From: Octopus bimaculoides
Taxonomy: Eukaryota
Direction of reading: 5' to 3'
Assembly (NCBI RefSeq): GCF_001194135.2
Contig: NC_068995.1
Span: 55,310,725 to 55,374,724, forward strand
Length of the DNA stretch: 64,000 nt
Of this stretch, positions 51,061 to 64,000 are shown piece after piece. The position numbers and the translations under genes were made by a program. The stretch's first letter is position 1. Every line of letters starts with the position of its first letter. A model generated the notes under the pieces. That model had not been told where the DNA came from and did not search any database. It was given only the letters and a program-made list of their open reading frames with translations.

Positions 51061-52599
51061 TCCAAAATGGATGTGGTTAGATACACTACTAAAATCAAAT
51101 CACTTGAATTATATTTCTTTACGTTATTCTTATTCTAATTCATTACGATTTCCTAATTCCAAATATGTTTTGACGAAAGGAAGGACATCCGGCCGTGGGA
51201 AATCTACCACCGCCCATCGCATTCAAATATGGTAAAATTATCCTAAACAAACGATATAAACAGAAAGAAAGTATTAGATAGTGTAGTATTCTTTTACATT
51301 CCGATGGTCCTGTTGGAGTAATTGCAAATAAATAAACTGAATAGAAATGGCCTGAATACACACATAGATATGCACTCACACACAAGCGACACACGGAAAC
51401 ATAAGCATTCTTGCGTGCACACATACATACGTATCTGTGAGCGTATATATTTGTATTTCTCTATTTGCATACCATACTTTCGCAATTCCAATACATTTAC
51501 ATAAATACACGCTCAAACACAGATATACACACTCATGCATACATTAATCTGTGTTTGCGTGTAGGTGAGTGTATGTGATTAAGTATGAATGTATATATGA
51601 ATGTGTTTATTTAATCTATGTATGCATGTATGCATGTATGTATGTATGTAAATATTATCACGCGCGCCATTTATGTGGGAAGCTGACTTGTATATTTTGC
51701 TTTGAAACGACATTAGTTTTACCAATAGAATTGTCTGAAATGTAGAATGTGTGATATTATTACTAGTTACCATAATTATATAGTTTCTAAAATATCAGAA
51801 TTAAAATAAAATAAGAATAAGATACGAAATTAATGAACAATTTTGACGTGTTTGAAGTGAAAAATATTTGATGACTTTTAGGAATCATAGCATTACAGCA
51901 GCGTAGGAAATACTAAAAAGAGATCGATTAAATCGATTTGTGTATTGGAAATCTATTTATAATTTCGAATAGTTTACTTTGTTATACAGTCAAACGTTTT
52001 AGGGCATAATTTCGAAAAAATTCCTGAATAGAATAATCATTAACCTCATTTTCCTCGACGACTATTTCACGTAAACTTTACTGATTAACTGTAATGTTTA
52101 TCATTAAAGAATATCGTGGTTTTTCTTTGTTTTGTTTATTGTGTTATGCATTGTTTTGTGTACATTTAGGACTATAGAGTATTTGAATTTTCAGTTAGTA
52201 TGTTAATTCAACAGTAGCTTTTCGCTTTCTCTCCACTCTATCTGGATAGTTATACTGATAAAACCTTCAAAAGAATATCTGGCTCATTTATTACCCTTTG
52301 TTATCTTCAACGGTAATTTAACGTTGGATTATCTTTAAACCTCTATTATATGCCTTCGTTTCGTTTTTAAGCCACTATTTCGCACGAAACAAAAGAACAG
52401 TCGTTTCATATCAAAAGCATCTAAAATTTCAATATATACATTTCCCATGTATTGACTTCATTCTGATGAGATAAATACAATTTCGCTTTAGTCATTATTT
52501 CCGAATGTTATTCATCGAGAAAAAAAAAAAACACACAATGCACCCAGGTTTCCAACCCACCTTTGATGAACATGAATTCATATCATTGATTTAAAAAAA

Positions 52600-52735
52600 A
52601 AGTTGTACAGTTCTTGCTCTTGCATATCTTTCTAACAATGCTTCTGCTTGGTTTTTGAAACGAAAATGAAATCTCAAAATATATACACAATTCGGGCATT
52701 TGAAATGCTCTGTGGTTGGCGTTCCAGTTCTGTGA
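52600..52735 (+). mobile_element. Small RTE LINE remnant
   Basis: IRAFEMLCGWR resembles RTE (I/L)EAFEMWCWRR. Confidence 0.35.
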
Positions 52736-53038
52736 TACATACATAGATACATGAATGAACAAACGTACACACCCACCAACGCACACAGACAGAAACGCAC
52801 ACACAAACCCACATATGCATGTATGCTTGTATGCATATGTAATTATGTGCGTTAAAGATGGATGTGCAAGTATATTTATAATGGAGAGGCAAGTAAACTT
52901 TTCTATCAGCAACATCATTATTATGATTTCTAACATTTGCACAAATCGACTTCCATCTTTGTGAAAGGAGGAAAGTCTGACACATCGACCGCAGTATTTG
53001 ACTGGTACTTGATATATCAACCTCGAAAGAGTGAATGA

Positions 53039-53060
53039 TAATAATAATAATAATAACAAC

Positions 53061-53107
<47 letters not shown>

Positions 53108-53154
53108 TAATAATAATAATAATAATAATAATGATAATAATAATGATAATAATA

Positions 53155-53189
<35 letters not shown>

Positions 53190-53197
53190 CATTATTA
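53039..53197. repeat. (AAT)n directly abutting (ATT)n: inverted microsatellite junction
   Basis: Strand switch at about 53155 with no spacer. Confidence 0.95.
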
Positions 53198-53300
53198 GCA
53201 TTAATATTAGTACAACATAACTTCCGCTGCTATACTCCGCCTCTTCCGCTCTCTCTCATCAGTAATCATTTATCTATGTGTATTTGTATATTAATACGCA

Positions 53301-53340
<40 letters not shown>

Positions 53341-55149
53341 ACACACACACACACGCACACGTATATATTTCTGAACACAGTGGTTAAAGACTTTAAGTTA
53401 CTACTTTCGAAAATTAAAATAAATATCATCAAAGAAATATTCGTTTAACAAAATAGAAAAGGAAATTATGAATCTCCGTTCTTTAAATTTCTCTTTAAAA
53501 GTCTTGCGAATAAATATTTATTTTTCTCTGTTAAATTTGCATACGTTATTTTCTTCATAACGAGGAGGACTAAGTCTGTATGTTTGCATCAATCCATCAC
53601 CGATTTTACATTGATCTCTCGCTCTAAATAGAAATACTCTTGAAGACTTACAGACATTGTCCACTTAATTTTCTCCCATCCCATCTTCTCAGAAAATAGG
53701 TGAATAATTATTTTCTTACAACCGTTTTAAAATGTATTTTATTATTGAAATGTTATTCACGAATAAAGAACGTATATTTGCAGAAAGTGAAGCAGATGAT
53801 ACCGCAGCCGCTTTCTCTCATTGATTTTTAACTCAATCTCACACCCAATATACTCGTCTCCTCTCACTTGCTTTTTCTGTATGTATGCATGTATGTTCAT
53901 GTATGTATGTATGTATGTATGTATGTATGTATATATGTATGTATGTATGTATGTTTACAGACACATGCAGATATATTTTTCAATACGGTCGTTAGAGGTA
54001 TTAAGCTTCTACTTTCGAAAATGAAATGTACATTTATCTGCTGACCATTTCACTTACCCATATTCTTTAGAGAACAGCTAAAAAACAACCCCATAACCTG
54101 AAGTCGGAACACCTGAAAAGACACTGTTGATCATAAAGTTCCACTTACATGAATTAATTCTGAACAATAAATTAATCCCTAATTTTATCATCAAATTTTA
54201 GTTTTTCGCACCCTTTTATTGAGGAGTCGTTCCAAATATCCTTTAATTTCATTTATCTATCCATTAAAATGGTTTCATTTCATTTCATCTTATTTCCTTT
54301 GTACTTTAATATAAGACGTAACGATGACGGATAACGGTGACGTAACGGATATGTCTAATATCGTAATTTGATAAGCCTTTACAATCTATTTGCATCATGC
54401 ACTTTCCTTACGCAACAACACCGAGGTTGTATAACCTGCTCAAGATTTATCCTTACTGGACTCTAACTGGTTTGTACTAAATAACAGATATTTTAATCTT
54501 TAAAACTGTTGTCGAATTTCTTCTCCTTTCAACATTAGTTTCTTCCTTTGCAATCTCTACTTATCTTCTCTTCTTTAGTTGCAATCGTCAAATTAATGAC
54601 TCCCTGTGGGAGCATTCGATTCTTTTATGCGCAGATATAACTTGAATGATGTTAATCACTGTATGTATTATGAAAAGCCTGGGAATATATCATAGAATCC
54701 TATACCTCCTCTGATACATGAGTTTAAATAATTGACTGATTGTTTTCTTACTAATTAACTCATTAACTTAATTATTCACTTGTTTCCAAGAATTGAGTTT
54801 ATTTATTTTTCATTTAGCTTGTTGTATCTTAAAATCTTTAAAATATAATGCGGAATAGCATTGAGTAGTCTGTCTGATTTATGTCAGAACTATTTTTATC
54901 GCTCTGTATGACGCCGGAGCATTAAGAGTTGCAAGCAACTTGTAAAATTTTTATCAGTGTTTAATTTGTCATTTACTCGTTCTGGAAAATTTATTGGTGC
55001 AACATTAACTACCTTAACATTCCAATAGTTTAATACTCCACTCTACATCGAAGATGCCATTTTCCCAATCATGCCCCCAGGGTCTCTCTAATACTCATAA
55101 CATTGATTTCAAATTTTGGCAGAAAGCCATCAATTTTGGGGTAAAGAAC

Positions 55150-55307
55150 AAGTCTATGAGATCGATCCCAGTGCTCAACAGGTACCTATTTTATCGACCA
55201 CGAATTAATGAAAGGCAAAGATGACTTCGGTGGTTTTTGAACTCCGAACGTAAAGACGGACGAAATGCTGGTAAGCATTTTGTTCGGTGTGCTAAAGATT
55301 TTGCCAG
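55150..55307 (-). mobile_element. SINE (third family)
   Basis: atcgatcccagt...ggtacctattttatcgacc...gaaaggcaaag...tttgaactc.gaacgtaaagacggacgaaatgctg.taagcatttt...gctaa.gatt.tgccag. Confidence 0.75.
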
Positions 55308-55311
55308 GTGA

Positions 55312-55351
<40 letters not shown>

Positions 55352-56278
55352 NNNNNNNNNNNNNNNNNNNNNNNNNNNNNNNNNNNNNNNNNNNNNNNNN
55401 NNNNNNNNNNNNNNNNNNNNNNNNNNNNNNNNNNNNNNNNNNNNNNNNNNNNNNNNNNNNNNNNNNNNNNNNNNNNNNNNNNNNNNNNNNNNNNNNNNNN
55501 NNNNNNNNNNNNNNNNNNNNNNNNNNNNNNNNNNNNNNNNNNNNNNNNNNNNNNNNNNNNNNNNNNNNNNNNNNNNNNNNNNNNNNNNNNNNNNNNNNNN
55601 NNNNNNNNNNNNNNNNNNNNNNNNNNNNNNNNNNNNNNNNNNNNNNNNNNNNNNNNNNNNNNNNNNNNNNNNNNNNNNNNNNNNNNNNNNNNNNNNNNNN
55701 NNNNNNNNNNNNNNNNNNNNNNNNNNNNNNNNNNNNNNNNNNNNNNNNNNNNNNNNNNNNNNNNNTATATATATATAGGTAAATGTGTCTATGTGTGTGT
55801 ATATATATATATCGTATACTGTCGTATATCGATAATTATTAAATGACGAGTGAATATGGTACCACTTGTAAATGTTTTCCCTTCTACATGTTTCTCAAGA
55901 AAGGAGATGTTTTGGAAAAATATATTTGCGTGGACAAACATATAGTATGACAAAGAGAAAGGAAGAAAAAACGCCCATCAGATGACAAGTTTCTGAGAAG
56001 CGGCTTAACGATCCATTACAGTTGTACGTTCCAAATGGGTTTCTTTTTAGTGCGATGAACAATAAGAAATGCACAGATCATTAGATCAATATGTATCTTG
56101 ATTTATGATCTGTAGCGTCTTTTCGTTTTACTTTTACATGTAGACATTTTGTGGTCGAAATGTTGTTATTGTAAATATGAACCGGTAGTGTATTACGCGC
56201 ACGCAACACACACATACACACGCGCAAAATCACGCACGCATACATAAGTGCACGAACACACACACATAGACACGTTTA

Positions 56279-56362
<84 letters not shown>

Positions 56363-56399
56363 ATTAATTTCAATTCAATCCAATTCATTTCTGATTCCT

Positions 56400-57035
56400 T
56401 TATATTCTCACATCGTTTTCCAGACGTCATCTGGTAAGGTTTAGTTATCACATTAGTGATCATGTCATTCTACTTTTTCACCAGAATCATTTGCGGAGAT
56501 TTTGTTTCCTAGTTAAATATTTCTATAGTACATTGAGCTTTAAATAAATGTTGCTATATTGTTGACATTGTGTCGCTATGACTTTGATATAACATTTTTA
56601 AAGTTCTTCAGATTTATTTGCTTTTCACATTCGTTTTCTGTTAATCTCATGTTACTTCTACAATCCATGGCCCTAGGTTGTACCTAATTACTTTCATAAT
56701 TACGTCTTCATATTTGTTTTTTGTTTTCATTTATTTTGTGAATTCCATATTCGTTAACTTATTTATGAATTATAATTTTCTTACAAGATAAGATTCCTAA
56801 AAACTAATTTTTATCAATTTATATTGGTTGTTGCTCACTTTCACTCGTTCCATAATAAATATGTTATGTTAGCATAAACCTTGCGGCAATGCATATACAC
56901 ACATACAAACATACACACATATATACGCACATATATCTATACATACATACATACACATATATAGATATATATACACATATACATATATATACATGTATAT
57001 GTATATATATACATGTATATATATATGTGTGTGTA

Positions 57036-57097
<62 letters not shown>

Positions 57098-57112
57098 CAT
57101 ACATCCTCACAA

Positions 57113-57151
<39 letters not shown>

Positions 57152-57490
57152 GCGTGTGTGTGTGTGTGTGTTCCGGTTAATTTCTCGGAGTTATTAAGTT
57201 CAGTTATTTTTCAATTGATTATATTGAAGCTGCAATCAATATGTACAGTATCAATTGTAATTATTTTGATTTTTACATTTGATTCTGTTCTCATGATTAA
57301 GCCAATTTGCTCCGAGTATTTCTCATCTGCCAATTTGCTTCGAGTAGTTCTTATCTTTCTCAGTCGTCCAACATTATTTTACAACCTCTGTTTTACCTGA
57401 TTCAGATATTTCTATGTCGCTCTCTGCGATTAGTTTATTTCTATCATCTTCCGTCCTTCGTTTTTTGTTATATATTTTGATAATACTTTT
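56400..57490 (-). mobile_element. Possible degraded Penelope-like remnant interrupted by microsatellites
   Basis: Weak minus-strand similarity to the Cys-rich linker and LIY.L.C region preceding GIY-YIG at 57230-57400. Confidence 0.25.
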
Positions 57491-57934
57491 CTTTGTTAAT
57501 TCCTATATTTTTTTTTTTTTTTTGGCAACCATATCATAGTATATTCTTCAAGCGAAATGTCCATGTGAAAATCATTGTTCAGTCATTCGAATTTCAAATA
57601 ACTAATAGGTTAAACGTTTGTTAAATGTCATTGTAACTCGCACGCTGTGAGAAGATGCAAATGTGAAATGCCCTCATACTATGCACTTTGCATTCACATA
57701 GCTTTCAGGAATTCATTTGACATGTTGTAAGAATATTAATTTAGAGGGAAGAAAACGGAAAGCCACTACAAGTTCTAGCTATCTAAAATTTCTTACGACG
57801 ACGATGATGATGGTGATGATGGTGATGATGATGATGATGATGATGATAATGATGATGATGAGGATGAGGATGAGGATGATGATGATGATGACAAAGTGAA
57901 ATTGATAGGCAGTATGTCCCTCGGAACAAGGAGG

Positions 57935-58330
57935 AAAAAGCCTCATAAGATGCAAGATACGAGTTCTCAACGAGAAGAACACTCAGGATGGTACATCAAA
58001 TCCTTAGTTGCTGCTGTAAGAGACAGCAGCACGAGGCGAACCGAAAACGTGATGCACCCCAAAATATTTAAGAAACAAGAAGAAGAACAAAGAATAAACA
58101 ACTGGAAAATGAAAACAAAGCATCGAAGGAAAAGACAAGACCAACATCTGAAGATGGATAGGAAAAGGGATCTGAAAGGATGCACTGATGCACTGATAGC
58201 CAGCACCCAGGAACAAGCTCTGAGATTTAAATACACCAAGTTACAAACAGGTGAGCAGTGGATCGATTTTTCGTAGGTTGTGTGAAATCCTTATACGTCA
58301 CCTCCATGTAATTGTTTCCTGCCAACAATA
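57935..58330 (+). mobile_element. Dong/R4-clade fragment following a (GAT)n array
   Basis: RDLKGCTDALIASTQEQALR (cf. LK..TE.LI.AAQEQALR), then RRLCE..RHLHVIVSC (cf. CRLC..ETI.HIVSGC). Confidence 0.7.
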
Positions 58331-58370
58331 AACACAATACAATAGTGTTATTTGTTTCTCCATTCTACAG

Positions 58371-58414
58371 GTCAGAGATCGGAGGAACCTTTCTACACGG
58401 AAGTGCGAGTGACG
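58371..58414 (+). other. Candidate 44-nt exon of an unidentified transcript
   Basis: Acceptor ttatttgtttctccattctacag, donor ACG|gtaggc; open as GQRSEEPFYTEVRVT (phase 1 to 0). No recognisable homology. Confidence 0.25.
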
Positions 58415-59777
58415 GTAGGCATGAATGTGAAATAAACGTGAAACAGAGGAAAAAACAATTAGCGTACTAATTAGGTATAACTTTGTGGCTTAGATTCTAG
58501 AGGAAACAGTGCTTTGTTACAACGCATTGAAGAAAGCTTCAAGTAAAATAAAAGAAACACTGATGCAAAAAATGCCCGAGTTATAAATATTTATATTCTG
58601 TCAAATTACAAAGGATACTGAGAAACTGATGAGCAGACCAAAATCCTGTAAGCAGCTCTTATTTAAGGAATAGGCCTAGACACTACTGAGATCAGTGAAC
58701 TATGCCATCATATTGCCCCCTTGCAGTACCTCCTTAGTTATATTCGGATTCTAAAAGGGAAGTGTCTCTGGGATAGAAAAAATGCACAAAAGGTGAAGTG
58801 ATTCAAGCCATCAACCTTTCAGCAAGTTTACCGACACACAATCAATTTAGCCTCTCAGTGTGTCTGTTACTCTAGCGGCCATGCACGCACTCCACATTAC
58901 AATAATCTATACTTTCAAACATGATGAAGTCGTGCATTCTTCTATAGGACACACATCTACTTTGCAGCTGTATGATTAACGGGCTGCTTAGAGAACAATG
59001 TACAATGCCTGGGAATATTTTTCAATGTCGCAATCTTCTGTCTGCTTCGCATGAATTATATGTCTAGTAAGTCAACCTCAAATTATTTATGATCATTTTC
59101 GCCTATCATTCCAAATATTATTTACAGCTTTCCGATTCCGAAAAGCCTACGGTTCTGCAAAATGACAGCTATGAGCATCCTTTGTAATGGTCATCAACAG
59201 ATCTATTATTTCTGGCATTAGATAAATTGCCATTACGAAAGCTAAAAGTAGGATTCCTATTAATCATTAGTTATCTGAATATCTAAATATAGTCGACATA
59301 GCACTCCGAGATTATTAGGAAAAAACAGAAATCACCNNNNNNNNNNNNNNNNNNNNNNNNNNNNNNNNNNNNNNNNNNNNNNNNNNNNNNNNNNNNNNNN
59401 NNNNNNNNNNNNNNNNNNNNNNNNNNNNNNNNNNNNNNNNNNNNNNNNNNNNNNNNNNNNNNNNNNNNNNNNNNNNNNNNNNNNNNNNNNNNNNNNNNNN
59501 NNNNNNNNNNNNNNNNNNNNNNNNNNNNNNNNNNNNNNNNNNNNNNNNNNNNNNNNNNNNNNNNNNNNNNNNNNNNNNNNNNNNNNNNNNNNNNNNNNNN
59601 NNNNNNNNNNNNNNNNNNNNNNNNNNNNNNNNNNNNNNNNNNNNNNNNNNNNNNNNNNNNNNNNNNNNNNNNNNNNNNNNNNNNNNNNNNNNNNNNNNNN
59701 NNNNNNNNNNNNNNNNNNNNNNNNNNNNNNNNNNNNNNNNNNNNNNNNNNNNNNNNNNNNNNNNNNNNNNNNNNNNN

Positions 59778-59855
<78 letters not shown>

Positions 59856-60595
59856 TATATATGTATATCAATTGCAACGCCATTAACGAAGAATGCATGT
59901 TCGGAGAGGAATCGTCACCAACTTCTTAGACGAACAGTCATGCTTGTCTTTCGGCCGTTCCTTTTCGACAGTGAGGTGCGTTGATCTAGAGAAATGTGTT
60001 GTTCAGTTTACAAATTAGTTATATGTGTCGGGCACTCCATACATATGTGTATATATAGCTGTACATTTTATTCTGTGTAAGAGACAACACTGTGGTCTTC
60101 GATAAGTTAAGTTACATAGAAACACTGGTGTTGATGTAATTGACTAATCCTTTCCCCACAAATTTCAGTCCTTGTGCCTTCCGTGAAAAGGATTATTATT
60201 ATCATTATTATTATTTTGCTCTTAATCTGCGTGCTTGATGCAAGCTTTTACCAGGTTACACCCAGCACCCTAGGTTAAGGGGTTTTAAGATTTAATCGGA
60301 TATTTGCAGTGGGAAATTGGTGAGGACAGTACAGGAATAAAGTAATATAATACAAATAATTTGAGTTAATAGGTTTCTCTAATGATATGTGTAGTAACTG
60401 ACAACATAACTTTTGCATCCTGTGACATATGGTTCTTCTGAGATATTATCTAGATGTTTCTCACATCCATTTATACCATGTTAAGAACACCTACAATAAC
60501 CGGGTGAGAAGCCATATCTTATGTACTTAAAATTCCAGGTCTTTATATTTATTAAAATTGTCAGACTTTTTAACACTATCATTATAATAATTATT

Positions 60596-60800
60596 CTTTT
60601 TTACTCAAGGCACAAGGCCCGAAATTTTTTGTTGAGGGGCCCAATCGATTAGATCGACCACAGTACGCAACTGGTACTTAATTTATCGGCCCCAGAAGGA
60701 TGAAAGGCAAAGTCGACCTCGGTGGAATTCGAACTCAGAACGTAACGACAGACGAAATACAGCTAAGTGCGCTAACGTTTCTGCCAGCTCGCTGCCTTCG
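60596..60800 (-). mobile_element. Full-length tRNA-derived SINE (third family) with 14-bp TSD
   Basis: Head aggcagcgagctggcagaaacgttagc, B-box-like gagttcgaattcc, tail ccttgtgccttgagtaaaaaag. TTATAATAATTATT is duplicated at 60582-60595 and 60801-60814. Confidence 0.85.
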
Positions 60801-61329
60801 TTATAATAATTATTATAATGAAATAGTTTTAGTTTTAGTAGAAAAACATTGGATCCCTTTAAGTGTGATTGTCCATAAACAACATGTCGGAAAGAATGTC
60901 GGTGCTAAATTTGGTAAAATCAACCTTTATTATTTTGCTTTTATGAGCTTCCTAAACGCTGCAACTTTTGCACCGTCATCATCACCATCAACATCCCGAC
61001 CACCATCATCATCATCCTCAACAACAACAGCAACAAGACCACCAGCAACAACAACAACAATAACAACCATCATCGACAACGCTGTTGTCGTCCTTATTAT
61101 CAACATTTCCAAAGATTTTCTTTTAATTATTGTTTTCATTTCCATTTGATTTACAATGCCTGAAAATATTTTTTTTTCTCGCAAGTATTCAGCATCACTT
61201 CTGATGTATTATTCTATCTCTTCTAAACATAGATGATAGCTACTTCTTATAATCTTGAGGGATATTTTAGTTTCTCTTTCATCTCGGTTTTCACACTTCT
61301 GGAAGTTTTTTATGCTACTATACCCTCTC

Positions 61330-61382
61330 ATCTCTCTCCATCACTTTTCCTCTCTCTCTCTCCCTTTCAATCACCCTCTCTC

Positions 61383-61428
<46 letters not shown>

Positions 61429-61580
61429 AATCACCCTTTCTCTTCCTNNNNNNNNNNTCTCTCTGTCTCTCTCTCTATCTATCTCTATCTTTGCTTCTCT
61501 CTCCCTTTCAATCATCCTCTCTCTTCCTCTCTCTCTCCCTTTCAATCACCCTCTCTCCCTCTCGCCCTCTCTCTCTCTCA
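61330..61580. repeat. CT-rich compound repeat with recurring ctttcaatcaccct unit
   Basis: The unit recurs four times amid (CT)n; small N gap inside. Confidence 0.85.
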
Positions 61581-62207
61581 CACACACACACACATCTTTA
61601 TTTTATCGATCCCTTTTATTATCTCTCCTTTTGAGGCATTATCTTTTTTCTATTAAGAAATTTTGCACTTCATCAAATGTGCTTCTTTTTTTCATTTCTT
61701 TTGACTCATATTTGTGTTACTCTCGATGTTGTGTATTGTTTCCTCCTTTTTTTTTACTGTGAAAATCTTATTTCATATTGGACAGAGGATCACAAACATT
61801 TTGCTTGCATCCTTCTCCCTTTCTTTTTCCCCTCCCTTTCTCTTTCTCTCTCTATTTGCCTCCTTCCCACGTTCGCTCCCCACCTTCTCTCATACGCATT
61901 CAAATTCTCACTATTCCGTAATATCATGCAGGCTATCGCTCAGTCACAATGGCAATAATAGCAGTTGTTGTTTTTTTTCGTTTTGTTTTGTTTTGTTTTG
62001 TTTTTTGTTTGTCCAGATACGCGTATCAATGAGAGTGTAGGCGATCTGACTGCCTAATTCCGTTGTATTGTTTGATAAAATATAATTGGACGCCTTCATG
62101 TCTCGTTTTAGGAAAGCTAGAGTCCAACTCCTAGTTATCATTTTTGCTCTTATGTTTTACATCTCTGTCCCTGTATCTCTACTTAATAGCGTAAATATTC
62201 ATACACT

Positions 62208-62254
<47 letters not shown>

Positions 62255-62318
62255 ACATATATATATATATATGCATGTAANNNNNNNNNNATGTGTATGC
62301 ATGTGTGTGTGTGTGTGG

Positions 62319-62365
<47 letters not shown>

Positions 62366-62409
62366 CCGGCAGAGTCCTATATAACAAATATATAGGCCAG
62401 TAAGCTCGG

Positions 62410-62530
62410 GAGAGGGGGAAGTCGATTACATCGACTCCAGTACTCAACTGGTACGTATTTTATCAACCCAGAAAGAATAAAAAGCAAAGTGGACCTCGAT
62501 GAAATTTGAACTCATAATATAAAGACAGAC
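62410..62530 (-). mobile_element. SINE fragment (third family)
   Basis: gtcgattacatcgactccagtactcaactggtac...aaagcaaagtggacctcg..gaaatttgaactc. Confidence 0.65.
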
Positions 62531-62544
62531 GGGCATTACATGCA

Positions 62545-62900
62545 TCAGGTCATCCCATAAGTTCTGTCCGAATTTTGAATAAAGAAAACAAGTGATCAAA
62601 TGTTATATTTAATTGAAATTTAATCATCAATGTACTTTTCTTGATTATCTAGGACTTCCTTCCATCTATTTACAAGCTTTTTCATCCCATAAATGTAAAA
62701 CTCTCTTGGTTTCAAAGCGAAGAACTCTGCAATGTCAGTTTCGACCTACTTCTGGCTTGCGAAAGTAATGTCCCCCCAAATGATTATGTAAATCATTTGG
62801 GGGACCAACAAAAATCATTCGTTCAAAGATGCCAAATGATATTCATTATATTCCTTGAATGGAGAAGTATTCAACTTTGAGATTCAAAAGATGGAATTTG
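62545..62900 (-). mobile_element. Tc1/mariner (mariner-type) transposon 3' remnant
   Basis: Minus translation DIAEFFALKPREFYIYGMKKLVNRWKEVLDNQEKYIDD* is the typical mariner C-terminus (FFASKP..FY..GI.KL..RW..V..N.G.Y). Putative TIR tcaggtcatcccataagttctgtccg at 62545. Confidence 0.75.
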
Positions 62901-63966
62901 ATGCTTTAATAGAGCTGGGAAGTAGCTGGGTTTCTCTCCTTGTTATAATTTGGATGTTTTCTGTACAAGTGACAGATCGTTACTATGGTCTTCTACTAAG
63001 ATTTTTACGAATATAATTTCTTGATTCCTGTGGAAAATATAGGACCCCAAAAGAGAAAAAAATGTTATATATATGTTATATAAAATTCTCTAAAACCTGT
63101 GTACAGCTTTTGATTAGAAAGAAACTTATACGATATTAGGAAATAAAACTAAGTATCTTACACAATAACACGACAAATTGGTTGTTGGTTTCCTTTATAT
63201 TACAGAAAATATACAAATCAAGAATGGAGAACAACTTATAACCATAAAATACAACATCCAATAGGAACTAAAGTCTATATTGCTAGAAAAAAGAAACCTT
63301 TGCAAATGATCATAAAACAATTTCGACAACCTCGACACATTCAGGTTTATTACACCGGTAAATAGTGATTTCGGTAAAGTCAGTAGAGTATGCTACATAA
63401 AACCAACAGAAAGATAAAAGAGTCTACGCGGCAATTAATGAGCGGATCAATGACGTCAAACGCAAAGATGAATGCAAATATTATCCAATTTGACATCATT
63501 ATTAATCCTCAATAAGCTAGGGGACACTCCATAAAAGTATTCCTATTCATGAAAACATATCCAGTCATTACACGAGGTGATAGGAAATCATTATTTCTCC
63601 CATAAGATAATACTTTTTTTGTATGCATGTGTATGTATGCGAATATGTGTGTGTGCGTGTGTGTGTGCGCATGTGTTTGTATGTGTGTGTGAATGTAGAA
63701 TGGGCAACAACAAACGGAGCGGGTGATCTTGTGTCATCGTACGAGGTTTCAAAGAAGGAAAAAGTTTGTGATTTAAGAGATATATTTGATAGTAGTATTG
63801 ATGAAGGGACCGTGATTTTTAATAGATCATTCGCAAAGCTAATGCCTCGAACTTCATATGCGTCTACTCACGCAGTACATACACACGTATATGTATAGAT
63901 ACATTTATATATTATATATTAAATAAATAGTATATGTCATATACATATATGCATTCAGACATAAAT

Positions 63967-63998
<32 letters not shown>

Positions 63999-64000
63999 AT

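Noticed and set aside
54300-55130. Decayed coding-like tract
   Set aside because: Probably another old retroelement, but I found no motif I could assign with any confidence.

Overview
AT-rich eukaryotic draft-assembly DNA, dense in microsatellites, with several N gaps. The SINE families and repeat landscape resemble an octopus (coleoid cephalopod) genome; this species assignment is inference. I cannot identify any host protein-coding gene. The window reads as intergenic or deep-intronic DNA made largely of decayed mobile elements: RTE, Dong/R4, HERO, CR1 and Penelope-like retroelements, tRNA-derived SINEs, a mariner remnant, and a hAT MITE with an intact 8-bp target-site duplication (TSD). 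Nearly all ORFs in the supplied track are artefacts of microsatellites or N runs, or are fragments of these elements. The most interesting signals are: (1) strand-consistent association of Dong/R4 fragments with (TAA)n arrays; (2) a variant minimal hammerhead-ribozyme motif; (3) a palindromic RFX X-box + TATA + acidic ORF + splice donor cluster at about 48.4-48.9 kb; (4) a (TA)n array that appears to have arisen inside a GIY-YIG motif; (5) a template-switch-like hairpin in the mariner remnant. I see no prokaryotic-type system (CRISPR etc.) and no well-supported novel multi-gene system. Element family calls come from manual translation and remembered motifs, not database searches, and element boundaries are approximate unless a TSD is given.
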